DNA of 16,496 nucleotides from Tubiluchus corallicola (GCA_030141605.1 JAQGDQ010002054.1:1-16496); one strand, 5' to 3'. Shown: positions 1 through 11,546, counted from the first letter of the stretch. The notes: generated by a model from the letters alone, not told the origin. Translations and numbers: made by a program.

Positions 1-781
1 ATAGGTTTTACACATCAAATGTAGACACAGGAAAGTTCAAATGTGACTTAGGTAAGTTAAATGTAGACATAGGAAAGCTCAAATGTGACTTAGGTAAGTC
101 AAATGTAGACACAGGAAAGTTAAAATGTGACTTAGGTAAGTCAAATGTAGACATAGGAATTTCGAATGTGTTTTGGTAACTCCAATGTGACTTAGGTAAG
201 TCAAATGTAGACATAGGAAAGTTCAAATGTGACTTAGGTAAGTCAAATGTAGACATAGGAAAGTTCAAATGTGACTTAGGTAAGTCAAATGTAGACATAG
301 GAATTTCGAATGTGTTTTGGTAACTCTAATGTGACTTAGGTAAGTCAAATGTAGACATAGGAAAGTTCAAATGTGACTTAGGTAAGTCAAATGTAGACAT
401 AGGAATTTCGAATGTGTTTTGGTAACTCCAATGTGACTTAGGTAAGTCAAATGTAGACATAGGAAAGTGCAAATGTGACTTAGGTAAGTCAAATGTAGAT
501 GCATTACTTTGAATAAATCGGTGATTAAATTATTTAAGTGCAAATTAGAGAAAGATAAACCAAAGATAGTGCATCTGTTAGTAGGCCTTTAACGTTGTTA
601 TTTTAACTTAGGAGTAATTATTAAATTGAAATTAAAGAAGATTAAATTTAACATCTTTAAACTTCAACACCCATCCACATTTAAACTACCTACGTCTACA
701 TTCGAGTTACCAAGACACATTTGAATTACCTAAATCTACATTTGAGTTAACGCAGGTCTACATTTGACATGTAAAACCTAT
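1..781. mobile_element. Foldback/MITE-like element with inverted ends built from tandem subunits
   Basis: 1-26 (ataggttttacacatcaaatgtagac) is nearly the reverse complement of 756-781 (gtctacatttgacatgtaaaacctat). The left arm has expanded subunits, the right arm (~675-765) has a few inverted diverged ones, and the spacer is AT-rich. The left boundary is at the window edge. Confidence 0.7.
15..499. repeat. Minisatellite, 42-bp unit made of two ~21-bp subunits, with three interspersed variant subunits
   Basis: Unit tcaaatgtagacataggaaagttcaaatgtgacttaggtaag. Variant tcgaatgtgttttggtaactc occurs near 162, 306 and 408. Explains ORF 8..298. Confidence 0.95.
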
Positions 782-1646
782 ATATGGAGCAGGCCAGGCA
801 GTGGAGGTGGTAATAAATGGTAGTTTGCAGATTTACGATTTGTGTACAAGGAATTTATGACCTTTAAAAACAGACTCCAACAGTGAGATACGAGTGTGAG
901 ATTCGGGTGAAGAAACTTCTGATACATTTATGTGAGTGTCGCGTGTGTCATATCGAACATTCAATAGCAAGTCTGTGGTAAAAACCTATTTAAATCACGA
1001 ACTAAAGTTCGATACTCGCTCTGGGCGGTTTCCTTTGCCATGCCGATTCTGTCTGTTTGCATCGTAGGGGCAGGATGCATACTTTTTGAAGTTGCTACAT
1101 TCTTACAGAGCGTCCTCAATATTGAGCTACGATCATATCGCACCACAAACTGAATAACACAAAAAATTGTAAACTATATTTTTTGGTTGTTAGATACCGA
1201 CTTAAATGTAAAAAAATGCTGTATTTTATATTCTTGTCAAACTTTCCCACTGCAGGAATTTTGACCGGTATTTTCGAATAAATTACTATTGAAAATATGT
1301 AGATTTTTGACGTCATCAATAGTTTGGCTCGCTCTCCGTTAATTGAATTTAATTTAATTATCAGAAACGCTTGTGCAGTATTAATTGTGGTATATACATG
1401 TATACTTTCTATCTGACTTGAAATGAGTACTATAAAAAATGGTAATATATATATATATATATATATATTCAATATTAATGTCAATTTGATTGGGGGAAGG
1501 GGTTGAGGTCCGATGAATATGCTGACAGTTCAGTTTGACCGAAAAAAATAATTTCTACAGTTTTTAAGTCATTGCTGTGATCATAGCCCTTAAGATGACA
1601 GGCTGGCCTAGCCGTATACGTACGAGGTTTCTTTTTTTAGCTACAG

Positions 1647-2147
1647 CAGGGGTGTGCAAATTGCGGCCCGCGGGCCACTTGCGGCCCGCCAAGAGAATTT
1701 GTGCGGCCCACGAAGAGATTTGTCAACCTAATGAAAGTGCGGCCCGGGCGATTAATTGAGTGTATCCAGCTGAAGTCCGTGCCACGATCCCAAAGATAGT
1801 GCGGGGTAGTTTTTTCTACTAGATCGGATGCTATTAACCCTTACAAGACGGTTGTAGCTTAATGTCACTGTACTACACAGACTGTGTGATATACATTACT
1901 AATATACATTGTAATGAAATTACCACTATCTGTCCTGAAAGTAGAAATATATGGTTTGTAATATAAATTTTAATAACTTCTAAAATAGTTTCTTGAGTGT
2001 AGTAGTAATGATGTACGCAGGTCGGATGCAAAAAAATCGTTATTAGGCCTTTCTGTACTTGGCTCCTTGATCAAACTGCATGTGACCCACAGGAATTGCG
2101 GGAAAGTTTAATGTGGCCCGGCTAGTCAGATAATTTGCACACCCGTG
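1647..2147 (+). mobile_element. Non-autonomous hAT (Charlie-like) MITE, copy 1 (strand arbitrary)
   Basis: TIRs caggggtgtgcaaatt / aatttgcacacccgtg. 8-bp TSD agctacag / agctagag (1 mismatch). Subterminal gcggcccg repeats. Confidence 0.9.
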
Positions 2148-2191
2148 AGCTAGAGTTTACAATTCCCACCAAGTCGGATTACACGTCTTAC

Positions 2192-2326
2192 CCAGCATTC
2201 AGGTTGACTTCTAACATCCAGGGTTTTAGCTGATGATCCAGGATGATGTCATATCCCAGCATTGTATAACAGGAATATGGACTTTGGGCGTACGCAGTCA
2301 TCACGTTGTACAAATCCGATTCACAG
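2192..2326 (-). CDS. TTLL4: TTLL4-like exon G (135 nt, phase 2-2)
   Basis: tttAG acceptor, GG|gtaaga donor. CESDLYNVMTAYAQSPYSCYTMLGYDIILDHQLKPWMLEVNLNA(G) has the G.D..LD..LKPW.LEVN metal-binding motifs. Confidence 0.94.
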
Positions 2327-2530
2327 CTAAACAAGATCACAGAAATCCAATTATTATCACTGTGACAAGAAGTAGTGTAAGCATGCAAATACAGTTCTGT
2401 CTGACTGATGCATTTTATGCAGTTTCTGGCATGCAAAGAAAAAAAGAGAAAAATCATTGATACACGTACTAATTTTTGGGGATTTTTTTAATTACGAGTG
2501 AAAAGACCAAGTAAGAAGTAAGTAAGCAGG

Positions 2531-3045
<515 letters not shown>

Positions 3046-3206
3046 AAAGCGACAGACGGCTTTGCTTCACCCACATGTCAAGTGGTGGTTATAGTTAAGA
3101 CGTGCTGACACTTAACTTTTGGTCACCAACTGCGCGTGCGCACAACGAAACTGTGAAAATGAAGGGTTATTTCGTAATAGGTCAGCAATGATTCTAAAGA
3201 ATCTAC

Positions 3207-3305
3207 CTTATAAATTGCTTTATTATTAGGTCCTTAATTTGTTCCCATATACGTTTAGAATTACCACCTCTCTTATCTATGTAACTCCATAGCTGCTGTA
3301 AGGTC
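3207..3305 (-). CDS. TTLL4: TTLL4-like exon F (99 nt, phase 2-2)
   Basis: tttccAG acceptor, AG|gtagat donor. TLQQLWSYIDKRGGNSKRIWEQIKDLIIKQFI(S) matches recalled TTLL4 WALKALWNYL..KGVNSDAIWEKIKDVVVKTIIS. Confidence 0.92.
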
Positions 3306-3364
3306 CTGGAAAATAATAAAGAATGCATCAGTTGAACATACAGTTAAAACTATTCAGTTTTGAT

Positions 3365-3600
3365 CCTGACAACAGGAGGAAACAGAGAGGGAGGCTGTCA
3401 TAATCGTGCGAAAGTGAGGAGGCGCACAGTGTCCTAGAGGGCGGGGTCGATGGGGTGGTGTCGATGATCTTCAAGCTAACGGAAGAGAGTGGGCAAAGAT
3501 GACCCTGGCAGCAAGTTTGGTAATGGAGAAGGAAGGGAATAGATGGAGAGCTGGTGCCTGCTTCCAAGGTCTATGAGCCTCAGCAATTAGGATGTAATTA
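3365..3600 (+). mobile_element. Possible decayed RTE-type LINE 3' end
   Basis: Purine-rich island with traces of PRGR..W..DD..W..(N)RWR resembling an RTE C-terminus. Frames are broken, so support is weak. Confidence 0.25.
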
Positions 3601-3649
3601 GGACGTGCAGGAAAAATACCTATCAAACAATAAATACAGGAATAAATGG

Positions 3650-3862
3650 CACACAAACAAATGTACATACATACATACATAAATACACACACACACACAC
3701 ACGCACACACGCACACACACACATACATACATACATGCATACATGTACACACATGCACGTACATACACACACACACATGCACGTGCACACGCACGCACGC
3801 ACACACGCACACACAACACACACACACACGCATGCATACACGCATACACGTACACACGTGCA

Positions 3863-3896
<34 letters not shown>

Positions 3897-4113
3897 CACG
3901 CACACACACATGCGTGCACACACGTACACACACACAACACACACACACACGCACGCACGCATGCAAGCATGCACGCACATACGCACGCAGACACACACAA
4001 ACACACACATGCACACACACATGCATACGTACACGCGTGCATACACACACACACATACATACATACAGGCATACATACACGCATACATACATGCATACAC
4101 GTACACACGTACA

Positions 4114-4204
<91 letters not shown>

Positions 4205-4303
4205 TCACACGCACGCATACACACACACATGCAGACACGCACACACACACGCACCCACATGCGCACACATTTGCGCACAAATACACGCGTACGTACATGC
4301 GTG

Positions 4304-4357
<54 letters not shown>

Positions 4358-4432
4358 TACATGCATACATACACACACGCATGCATACACGCATACACGT
4401 ACATACGTACACACACACACATACATACATAT

Positions 4433-4463
<31 letters not shown>

Positions 4464-4474
4464 CAGACAAACAC

Positions 4475-4505
<31 letters not shown>

Positions 4506-4537
4506 AACAAACAAGCAAACATCAAGTAAACAAACAA
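3650..4537. repeat. Compound (CA)n/(CATA)n/(CAGA)n/(CAAA)n microsatellite
   Basis: Direct reading. Confidence 0.98.
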
Positions 4538-4577
4538 AGTAATGAAAAAATAAGTTTTGATGATCTCGAAAACGTAC

Positions 4578-4679
4578 CACATGTTTGTAGGATAACTCCA
4601 GTTTCTGTGCTTTTTATTAATAACAGGATTGGTTAAATGGGAGAAGACGTTTTCCAAGTTACTTGATGCAGTCGAATAC
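4578..4679 (-). CDS. TTLL4: TTLL4-like exon E (102 nt, phase 2-2)
   Basis: ttcAG acceptor, TG|gtacgt donor. YSTASSNLENVFSHLTNPVINKKHRNWSYPTNM(W) contains the HLTN motif. Confidence 0.92.
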
Positions 4680-4956
4680 CTGAATTGAAAAAAAAGTTTC
4701 ATAAGTCTTATAGCGGGGGAGGAAACTTTACTATGCTGTTTTCAACTCCTCATTTCATTTTTATATCAAATTTTTGTATTATCTTTTATCACAGGAAAAG
4801 GGGAACTCTGATGATTCTATTAAATCTGAGCCACAATTAATGTTTAGGAAAAAATTTAAGGGATATATATACGTATATTTATTTCATATTTCATTTTTGA
4901 GACGTTTTGTTGGGAGCGATGCTATGTCGCCTCTTGATTATAATTATTGATGTGGT

Positions 4957-5368
4957 ACCAGCGGATTATTTAACGCTTACGTTACCACCATATTTAAGTA
5001 CACCAGCGGTTTATTAAACACTTACATTACCACCATATCTAAGTACACCAGCGGTTTATTTAACACTTACGTTACCACCATATTTAAGTACACCAGCGGA
5101 TTATTTAACGCTTACGTTACCACCACATTTAAGTAAACCAGCGGTTTATTTAATGATTACGTTACCACCACATTTAAGTACACCAGCGGATTATTTAACG
5201 CTTACATTACCACCATATTTAAGAACACCAGCGGATTATTTAATGCTTACGTTACCACCATATTTAAGTACACCAGCGGATTATTTAATGCTTACGTTAC
5301 CACCATATTTAAGTACACCAGCGGATTATTTAATGCTTACGTTACCACCATATTTAAGTACACCAGCG
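4957..5368. repeat. Minisatellite, 45-bp unit, ~9 copies
   Basis: Unit accagcggattatttaatgcttacgttaccaccatatttaagtac. Explains ORF 5153..5383 with its 15-aa repeat. Confidence 0.96.
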
Positions 5369-5812
5369 AAATTTGGGGTTTAACGATTACTCAAGAAAAG
5401 CAGATTGACACATTTTCATAGACGTCTTCTTAGGAACGCTCTAAAGATAAGATAAGGCCATACATAATCAAAAATGTAGATTCATACACCAGAACGAAGT
5501 AAATTTCTTGGAGTTCAAAAGTCAAGATCCGAAGATTAGGATGGCTAGGGCATCTTCTAAGATTACCAAATGAAGCACCAGTAAAAATTGCCTTTAAAGG
5601 AAGCCTTAAAACCTTGCAAAAAACCGCCTGGTAAACCTGAACAACTTGGATAGCTAAGATAAATAAAGATGTTCAACAACTTCAGCCAAATCTATCTTTA
5701 GGAGTAGAAAATCTTACGATGTTAGCTGCAGATGGAAGTGGGTGGAATACTCTGATAAATGTTGATACCTCAGTGCCTACAACAGGTGGAATGAGACTTT
5801 GAAGAAGAAGAA
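5366..5812 (+). mobile_element. 5'-truncated RTE-clade LINE remnant
   Basis: Frameshifted peptide SEIWGLTITQEKQIDTF..RRLLR...KIRRLGWLGHLLRLPNEAPVKIA is the typical RTE post-RT region. It ends in a (GAA)n tail at 5801-5812. Confidence 0.85.
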
Positions 5813-6086
5813 AATCCTTTAAAAATACTGTAATTTAATTTCCTTAAAAATAATGATATTTTTTCTCATTTTTTTCTCAAAATAAGCTAAAGTTAAGTTT
5901 TCATTTTCCCAATAATTAATAAACTGAAATCTTTTGAACCTAAATAATGCGCTTAATGGGGACTATTTTCTACTTGGGCGGATGAATATAAAGCGTGGAG
6001 AACGAGAAGCAAGTTGCGTTTTCTGCTAAGATTAAACTTTTTGCTAAAATCACGAAAAATTATGCCGTCAAGAGAAAATATGTCAA

Positions 6087-6616
6087 AGGAAAACCGGATG
6101 ATTGTGTAAACTTTAGTTTAGAATAAAGATGCTCTAAAATATTGAAAACTACAATAGCTTATTTTAAATCAAAGCTTAGATTAAATAATAATTACCACGG
6201 ACACTCAAATTTTGTTAAACATTCAAAGCTACTCGCGGCTCAGTGAATCTACTAAGACTGGCAGCAGCGCCTTTTTGTCACGTGCGCGTGGCCGACAAAT
6301 AGAAGGCGGTACCGTGATAACCATGATCATGAACTGCAGTGTTAGGTTATGACGTCATATGACGTAGGGCCCATTTTCGTGACATCACGCGTTTAATCAG
6401 TAACACTTACGCAATTGCTTGACGCGCAAGTAAAGATGCCTACCATTGCACAATCTGTGGTTTGTTTCTGACGTAAGCAATAGCTGTTTTCGGTTAGCGT
6501 AAATTAACTCTTATTCAAATATAAGAAACAATTGCTAACTTTTATAGACAAGAAAATGTATATTTTGGACAGTAAATTAAAATGAGATTGAATCTAAACA
6601 ATCGTCCGATCTTCCT
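6087..6616. mobile_element. Kolobok-like non-autonomous DNA element
   Basis: Imperfect TIRs aggaaaaccggatgattgt / acaatcgtccgatcttcct with AG..CT ends, flanked by tcaa / ttaa. CpG-rich core with tgacgtca and cacgtg motifs. Confidence 0.65.
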
Positions 6617-6658
6617 TTAAGCAATCCATGGTGATTATTCTTCGCGTACAGCCTAGAG

Positions 6659-7082
6659 CAGGGGTGTGCAAATTATCTGACTAGCCGGACCACATTAAAC
6701 TTTCCCGCAATTCTTGTGGGCCGCATGCAGTTTGATCAAGGAGCCAAGTACAGTAGGACCTAATAACGATTTTTTTGCATCCGACCTGCGTACATCATTA
6801 CTACTGCACTCAAGAAACTGTTTTAGAAGTTATTAAAATTTATATTAAAAACCATATATTTCGTCATGTCCGACAGTGACATTAAGTGACAACGGTCTTG
6901 TAAGGGTTAATGCCATCCGATCTAGAGGAAAAAACTACCCGTACTATCTTTGCGATATTGGCGTAGACTTCAGCTGGATCGCGTGGGCCGCACTTTCATT
7001 AGATTGACAAACCTCTTGGGGGCCGCACAAGATCTCTCGGCGGGCCGCAAGTGGCCCGTGGGCCGCAGTTTGCACACCCCTG
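6659..7082 (-). mobile_element. hAT MITE, copy 2, inverted relative to copy 1
   Basis: TIRs caggggtgtgcaaa / tttgcacacccctg. Perfect 8-bp TSD gcctagag (6651-6658, 7083-7090). Interior is the reverse complement of 1647-2147 with deletions. Confidence 0.93.
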
Positions 7083-7136
7083 GCCTAGAGCGTCTCTAAC
7101 TATTTTACGTTGATTTTTTTACAACATAACAGAATG

Positions 7137-7217
7137 AAAAACTTGAAACGGAATAAAGGTGAACTAAAACTTTTGAAAACTTGAAACGGAATAAAGGTGA
7201 ACTAAAACTTTTGAAAA
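7137..7217. repeat. 38-bp perfect tandem duplication
   Basis: acttgaaacggaataaaggtgaactaaaacttttgaaa occurs twice. Confidence 0.9.
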
Positions 7218-7265
7218 TTTTCTTAATCAAACTGAGCGATTATCTGACGTCACTTGATAGAGGTG

Positions 7266-7686
7266 CAGGGCCTATTTCAGGGGGGGGGGGAGTGGGGATA
7301 CTTCCCTGGGGCCTCACGCTCCAGGGGGGCCTCGCGCCAAGGTAACATTTTTTTTGCTTTATGTGAACAAAGTCAGAAGATGGCTTGTACGGAAGTGAGA
7401 GTACGGTATTACATATTGCAAAGATATAAGTTTTTGATGCAAGTTTTTGATTTGACTATTTCACAAGTATTAAGGACTGGTCTTGAGAATAAAGCAGTTT
7501 TTCTTTCAATTGTTCTTTCCTTTAACAACTGTATAACTCCACATTTTCTCTTCGAAAATGCTTCTCCAACGTTCTAGCAGTTCAAAAATTTTCTGGGCGC
7601 CAACCATGGAGGCACCCCCCCCGCCCCCGAGGGGGCCTCACGTGCCCCATTTTCCCCGGGCCTCGCTTAGGCTGAAATAGGACTTG
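7266..7686. mobile_element. Second hAT-type MITE family
   Basis: TIRs cagggcctatttcag / ctgaaataggacttg. 8-bp TSD tagaggtg / tagaggcg. GC-rich subterminal ggggcctc repeats. Confidence 0.85.
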
Positions 7687-7878
7687 TAGAGGCGCGTTTA
7701 GGATATTCTATTATGAGTACATAATCCTTCAACGAAAGAAAAACAGTTTTCCTGCAGACATCCTCTAACTTACATTCCAGGCTCAGCGATGCCCAACTTC
7801 GACCATACGCTTATCCACCAAAACATATGTTCCACTAGCTCTGAGTGTTTTTCTAGAATCTCTGAAATAAAGGCTTAC

Positions 7879-8007
7879 TTTTCAGCGGCAAATCTAACTC
7901 CTCCAAGTTCATGAATGTACATTCGCAGTGGCTCTATTGATGAGACCACCATATATATCCTCAAATCAAACTTGTGACCTCCGATAAGATATGGCTTGGA
8001 AATATAT
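7879..8007 (-). CDS. TTLL4: TTLL4-like exon D (129 nt, phase 2-2)
   Basis: ttacAG acceptor, gtaagc donor. YISKPYLIGGHKFDLRIYMVVSSIEPLRMYIHELGGVRFAAE(K) contains the hallmark KFDLRIY. Confidence 0.95.
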
Positions 8008-8044
8008 CTGTAAGAATATCACGTGTACTGATTGATTACGTAAC

Positions 8045-8545
8045 CTGAATTATGAATTTATTCCACAGCAACACAAACATACAACACAACAGAGAGCTTT
8101 CGAGTCCTCCTCCAGATAAGTGGAAAAATTGACAATTAACATTACATAGTATTTTCATCAGTTATAATTTACATTAGAACAAAATAAGTTTTGTTAGTAA
8201 CTTAAGATCAGGATGAGTAAAATTGTGATTAATTATACCGTTGTTGTAAGTAATTCTTTGATGCTTTTTTAAATTGATAAAGATTAAGAGTTTTCATTTC
8301 ATGCGGAATTGATGGCCATATTTTAATAGCATTATATTTTGATGACTGTTTCATTATATTTGTTTTTGGAAGGGGGAGTACATAGTTTTCGCCTGAATAT
8401 CTTGTGTAATTATCATGTTGATTTGAAACTGGACTAAAGTATGACTGAAAAGCTGGTGGAAGTAGTGAATTATGATACTGATACATGAAATGAAGACAAT
8501 ACATGTCATATATTTCTTTCACTTTAACAGTTTTAACAGACAAGT
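8045..8545 (-). mobile_element. CR1/L2-group LINE 3' fragment (ORF2 C-terminus plus 3'UTR)
   Basis: ORF 8229..8543 has FMYQY..LP..F...H.NYTR...KIWPSIP...FKK..K, typical of CR1-group ORF2 ends. It is followed by a UTR with AATAAA near 8056-8061. Confidence 0.8.
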
Positions 8546-8884
8546 AAATTATATTTGTGGGAAGGTCATATAGTTACGATTTTCTGAAAGAATGATGTCG
8601 TGACTACCAGTGGTCATACGATCATCCGTTTATCAAAATTCTATTGTATTGCATTGCGTTACATTACATTATATTATATTATTTTCCATTATTTTTTGAT
8701 GACTGTTTAATAATATATTGGTAACTAATCAATTGGTAACTTTAATTAAATTAAAATTAAGGACTGTTTTTATACATGAAAAGGTCAACAATGTGTTTAC
8801 ATTTTTTATTGTTTATTTTGACGAAAGTTTATTTTGACAACGTTGTTAATGTAAGCTGATTAAAAAATGAAAAATTAAGTAAAC

Positions 8885-8964
8885 CTTTGTATGATAACAG
8901 ATTCATTTGGTAACCGATCTGAGGATTCGATGATCTTCGCGCCTTTTCCCTGCCCTAAATCAAC
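8885..8964 (-). CDS. TTLL4: TTLL4-like exon C (80 nt, phase 0-2)
   Basis: tttcAG acceptor, weak AG|gtttac donor. VDLGQGKGAKIIESSDRLPNESVIIQ(R) is the ATP-grasp glycine loop followed by the QRY motif. Confidence 0.88.
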
Positions 8965-8986
8965 CTGAAAAATAAAGTAACACTTT

Positions 8987-9043
8987 GGTTGCTGCTGGTG
9001 TTGTTGTTGTTGCTGTTGTTGTTGTTGTTGCTGCTGCTGCTGT

Positions 9044-9087
<44 letters not shown>

Positions 9088-9121
9088 TTGTTGTTGCTGC
9101 TGTTGTTGCTGTTACTGTTGT

Positions 9122-9159
<38 letters not shown>

Positions 9160-9227
9160 TTGTTGCTGCTGCTGTTGCTACTGTTGTTGTTGTTGCTGTT
9201 GCTGTTGTCGCTGTTGTTGTTGTTGCT

Positions 9228-9258
<31 letters not shown>

Positions 9259-9419
9259 TTGGTGTTGTTGTTGTTGCTGCAGCAGCTGTTGCTATCGTTG
9301 TTGTTGTTGTTGTTGTTGTTGTTGCTGATGCTGTTGTTGTTGTTGTTGCTGCTGCTGCTGCAGCTGCTGTTGCTGTCGTTGCTGTTGTTGTTGTCGCTAT
9401 TGCTGCTGACGTTGTTGCA

Positions 9420-9450
<31 letters not shown>

Positions 9451-9670
9451 ATGTTACTGCTGTTGCTGCTACCATTTTTGTTTTTTGCTGTGTTGTCGTC
9501 GTGATGCTCACTGGCATAGTCGATGTAACTGTCATCACTGTTGTTATTGCCTCTGATGCTAATACACTTTCTGTACAGTTGATTTTGTTATTATTGTTGT
9601 TGTCGTCGTCGCCATCGTCGTTGTTACCACAGCCGCAGCTGCTTCTGTTCTCATTACTGTTGTCGTCATT
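8987..9670. repeat. Cryptic trinucleotide (GTT/GCT)n repeat filling most of the 781-nt intron 8965-9745
   Basis: Direct reading. Purity falls towards 9670. Confidence 0.95.
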
Positions 9671-9745
9671 AGCACAACTCGAAACACTCGAAACTCCACA
9701 CAAAATCGTAAACCTTATTCAGCTTTTTGGATTAAAGAAACTTAC

Positions 9746-9943
9746 GGGTTTATGAATCCAAATTCTTGCATCTGGATTATCGTCACAATATTTACGAAAC
9801 TCCATCAACTCGTGAGGCAAAATGAACGTTTGTGGCAAAAAATTGAATTCCTTCCTTCCATGTCTTAATTTCAATCTCTTCAATTTTCTCCAGAATGCGT
9901 CTTTATTTGTGACTTCCAGTTTCAAGCCAGGAAATTGGTTGTA
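9746..9943 (-). CDS. TTLL4: TTLL4-like exon B (198 nt, phase 0-0)
   Basis: ttttAG acceptor, gtaagt donor. YNQFPGLKLEVTNKDAFWRKLKRLKLRHGRKEFNFLPQTFILPHELMEFRKYCDDNPDARIWIHKP matches recalled TTLL4 NHFPG..RKD.LWRN..FGKKEFSFFPQSFILP..WIVKP. Confidence 0.93.
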
Positions 9944-9975
9944 CTAAAAGAGTAAAAAGAGTTCGTTATATTGGT

Positions 9976-10245
9976 TGTGTGAAGCTGATTATTGGTGTTT
10001 TAGGGATGGCAAAACTATGAAAAGTTTGATTATAAAACGACACGTTTATTAAACATCAAACACAATAAATATAACAGATAGTAATGCCAAGCCCCGTGAT
10101 CTAGCCTGCTCTCCTTCAGCTCCCAGACTCAATCCCCTGAGCTGGGCGCATCACAAGGCTTATATATCGTGCACCGAGCTTCGACGCGTCGATCCTGAAT
10201 CACTTGCTCACGTGACACCACTCCTTAACTGGCTTCATATCAACA
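9976..10245 (-). mobile_element. Possible solo LTR
   Basis: TG...CA ends, weak terminal inverted match (gtgaagc / gcttcat), minus-strand TATATAA (~10150-10156) upstream of AATAAA (~10045-10050). No TSD found. Confidence 0.3.
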
Positions 10246-11182
10246 TTCATCAACATAATTATCTATCGTGATCCAATGCTTTTAACATAGTTTAACAGGT
10301 CCTCTTTACTAAAAGTTATTAAAGACAAAATACGATAGACTAGTGTATTATTGAATTAACTGCAATCCAAACTAGGTAAAAACAATATACTCTAAAAATG
10401 TTGAAAGGAAACAGGCTATTTTTTCAAAAATGACTTAGGTGAAAGAATTATTACCACACAAACACAGTTTCACGTTCGCGCCACTAGTTCTTCACTGTTA
10501 CATGTCTTTCGCCATTCTCTGGTTACACGTGAGCCTGCATTTCGAAAACGCTTCACACAAAAACAGGTGCTGTACCTCTCAGTTCAAACGTGTTGGTTTC
10601 TGGCGAACTGCACACGTTCGACAGCTCACGTGAACACAGCAGTAAATTTGAAATTTGAATTTTTACCTTAAAACTTGCCTAGTTTTAGTACAAAACACTG
10701 AATATCTTACAGATAGCACTGAACTTCAATTTTAACTTTCGCAAACACTTGCAACGCGCTCGTGGAATATTTTTGCTGTTGAAAATTATGTCAGTTTGTG
10801 ATGTGATCAAATGTTGGGCTCGGCTGCCGTCAACTGAAAGTTTAATCTATTTTTTAATTATCGGAAGCGCTTTTTCAGCTTTGTTGGTGTTAAAATGTGC
10901 AGTTTTTACCGTACGTAGGTACAGTACAATACCGGATATGAAAAATCATCCTGTCTTCCGTTAGCAAACAATTACATATTGTTGTGCCACATCCTGTTTT
11001 GTTTCAAGCCTTTCAGCATTTGTCCTTTCTAGGATGTCAACATGGCAACATATACGATGGAACAAACCCTTAACTTGTAGAATTGAGGATTTTTCCCACC
11101 AAGGATTCAGTCTTGTATGATATTCTTATATCTTCCTAGAGTCACTTTGCTTTAGCTCTGCTGTTGATCAAAGAACTTTCAT

Positions 11183-11432
11183 GAGACGGTTTAATCTAGT
11201 GGTAATGCGTCTGCTTTCCGTCTGGGATGTCGTGAGTTCGAACCAGCGCCCGGGTAATACCAAAGACTTTAAAAATTGTGCTTGCTGTTGCCCTGCCTGA
11301 TGCGTGGTATTTAGGGTAAAAGTGGGGTAATAATAGTCTCTGTTATGTAGTTGTAGGTTGTTATTTACAGTCGGCGATAGTAGCTCTTTGAGCTAATGTT
11401 AATTGTTGACCCAAAAGCTGACTTTAAATAAA

Positions 11433-11466
<34 letters not shown>
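11183..11466 (+). mobile_element. tRNA-derived SINE with MetaSINE-like core
   Basis: A-box-like taatctagtgg, B-box gttcgaacc, core taccaaagactttaaaaattgtgcttgctgttgccctgcctg, and an (ATT)n tail at ~11432-11466. Family assignment is from memory of the Meta domain. Confidence 0.8.
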
Positions 11467-11546
11467 GAGCGAAAATATTAATAAAACAAAGTCTGAAGAA
11501 AAGACTGAGATTAGCAACAGATTTCTGTATTTGTGCTGTATTTGTG

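Noticed and set aside
1124-1593. Possible decayed TTAA element (gagctacgatcata / tgtgatcatagccct-taa)
   Set aside because: The inverted match is short and imperfect, with no left TTAA, so it is too weak to call.
782-1640. Next TTLL exon (ORFs 961..1146, 1116..1484)
   Set aside because: I saw no phase-2 exon resembling the expected L....D..IK..M..D.L segment. It probably lies left of the window.
1834-1870. piggyBac-like TTAA|CCCT end inside both hAT MITE copies
   Set aside because: No matching opposite end was found.
4957-5368. CRISPR-like array (also 15-499 and 11547-12219)
   Set aside because: Units are contiguous near-identical repeats with no unique spacers, there are no cas genes, and the context is eukaryotic intron.
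8960-9755. Thr/Ala-rich mucin- or antifreeze-like 247-aa ORF and poly-L/V ORFs
   Set aside because: Triplet repeat inside a 781-nt intron. The ORF is out of frame with exon C, and HKP|VDLGQG joins cleanly without it.
11183-11255. tRNA gene
   Set aside because: A and B boxes are present but there is no clean cloverleaf, and the sequence continues into a SINE body and (ATT)n tail.
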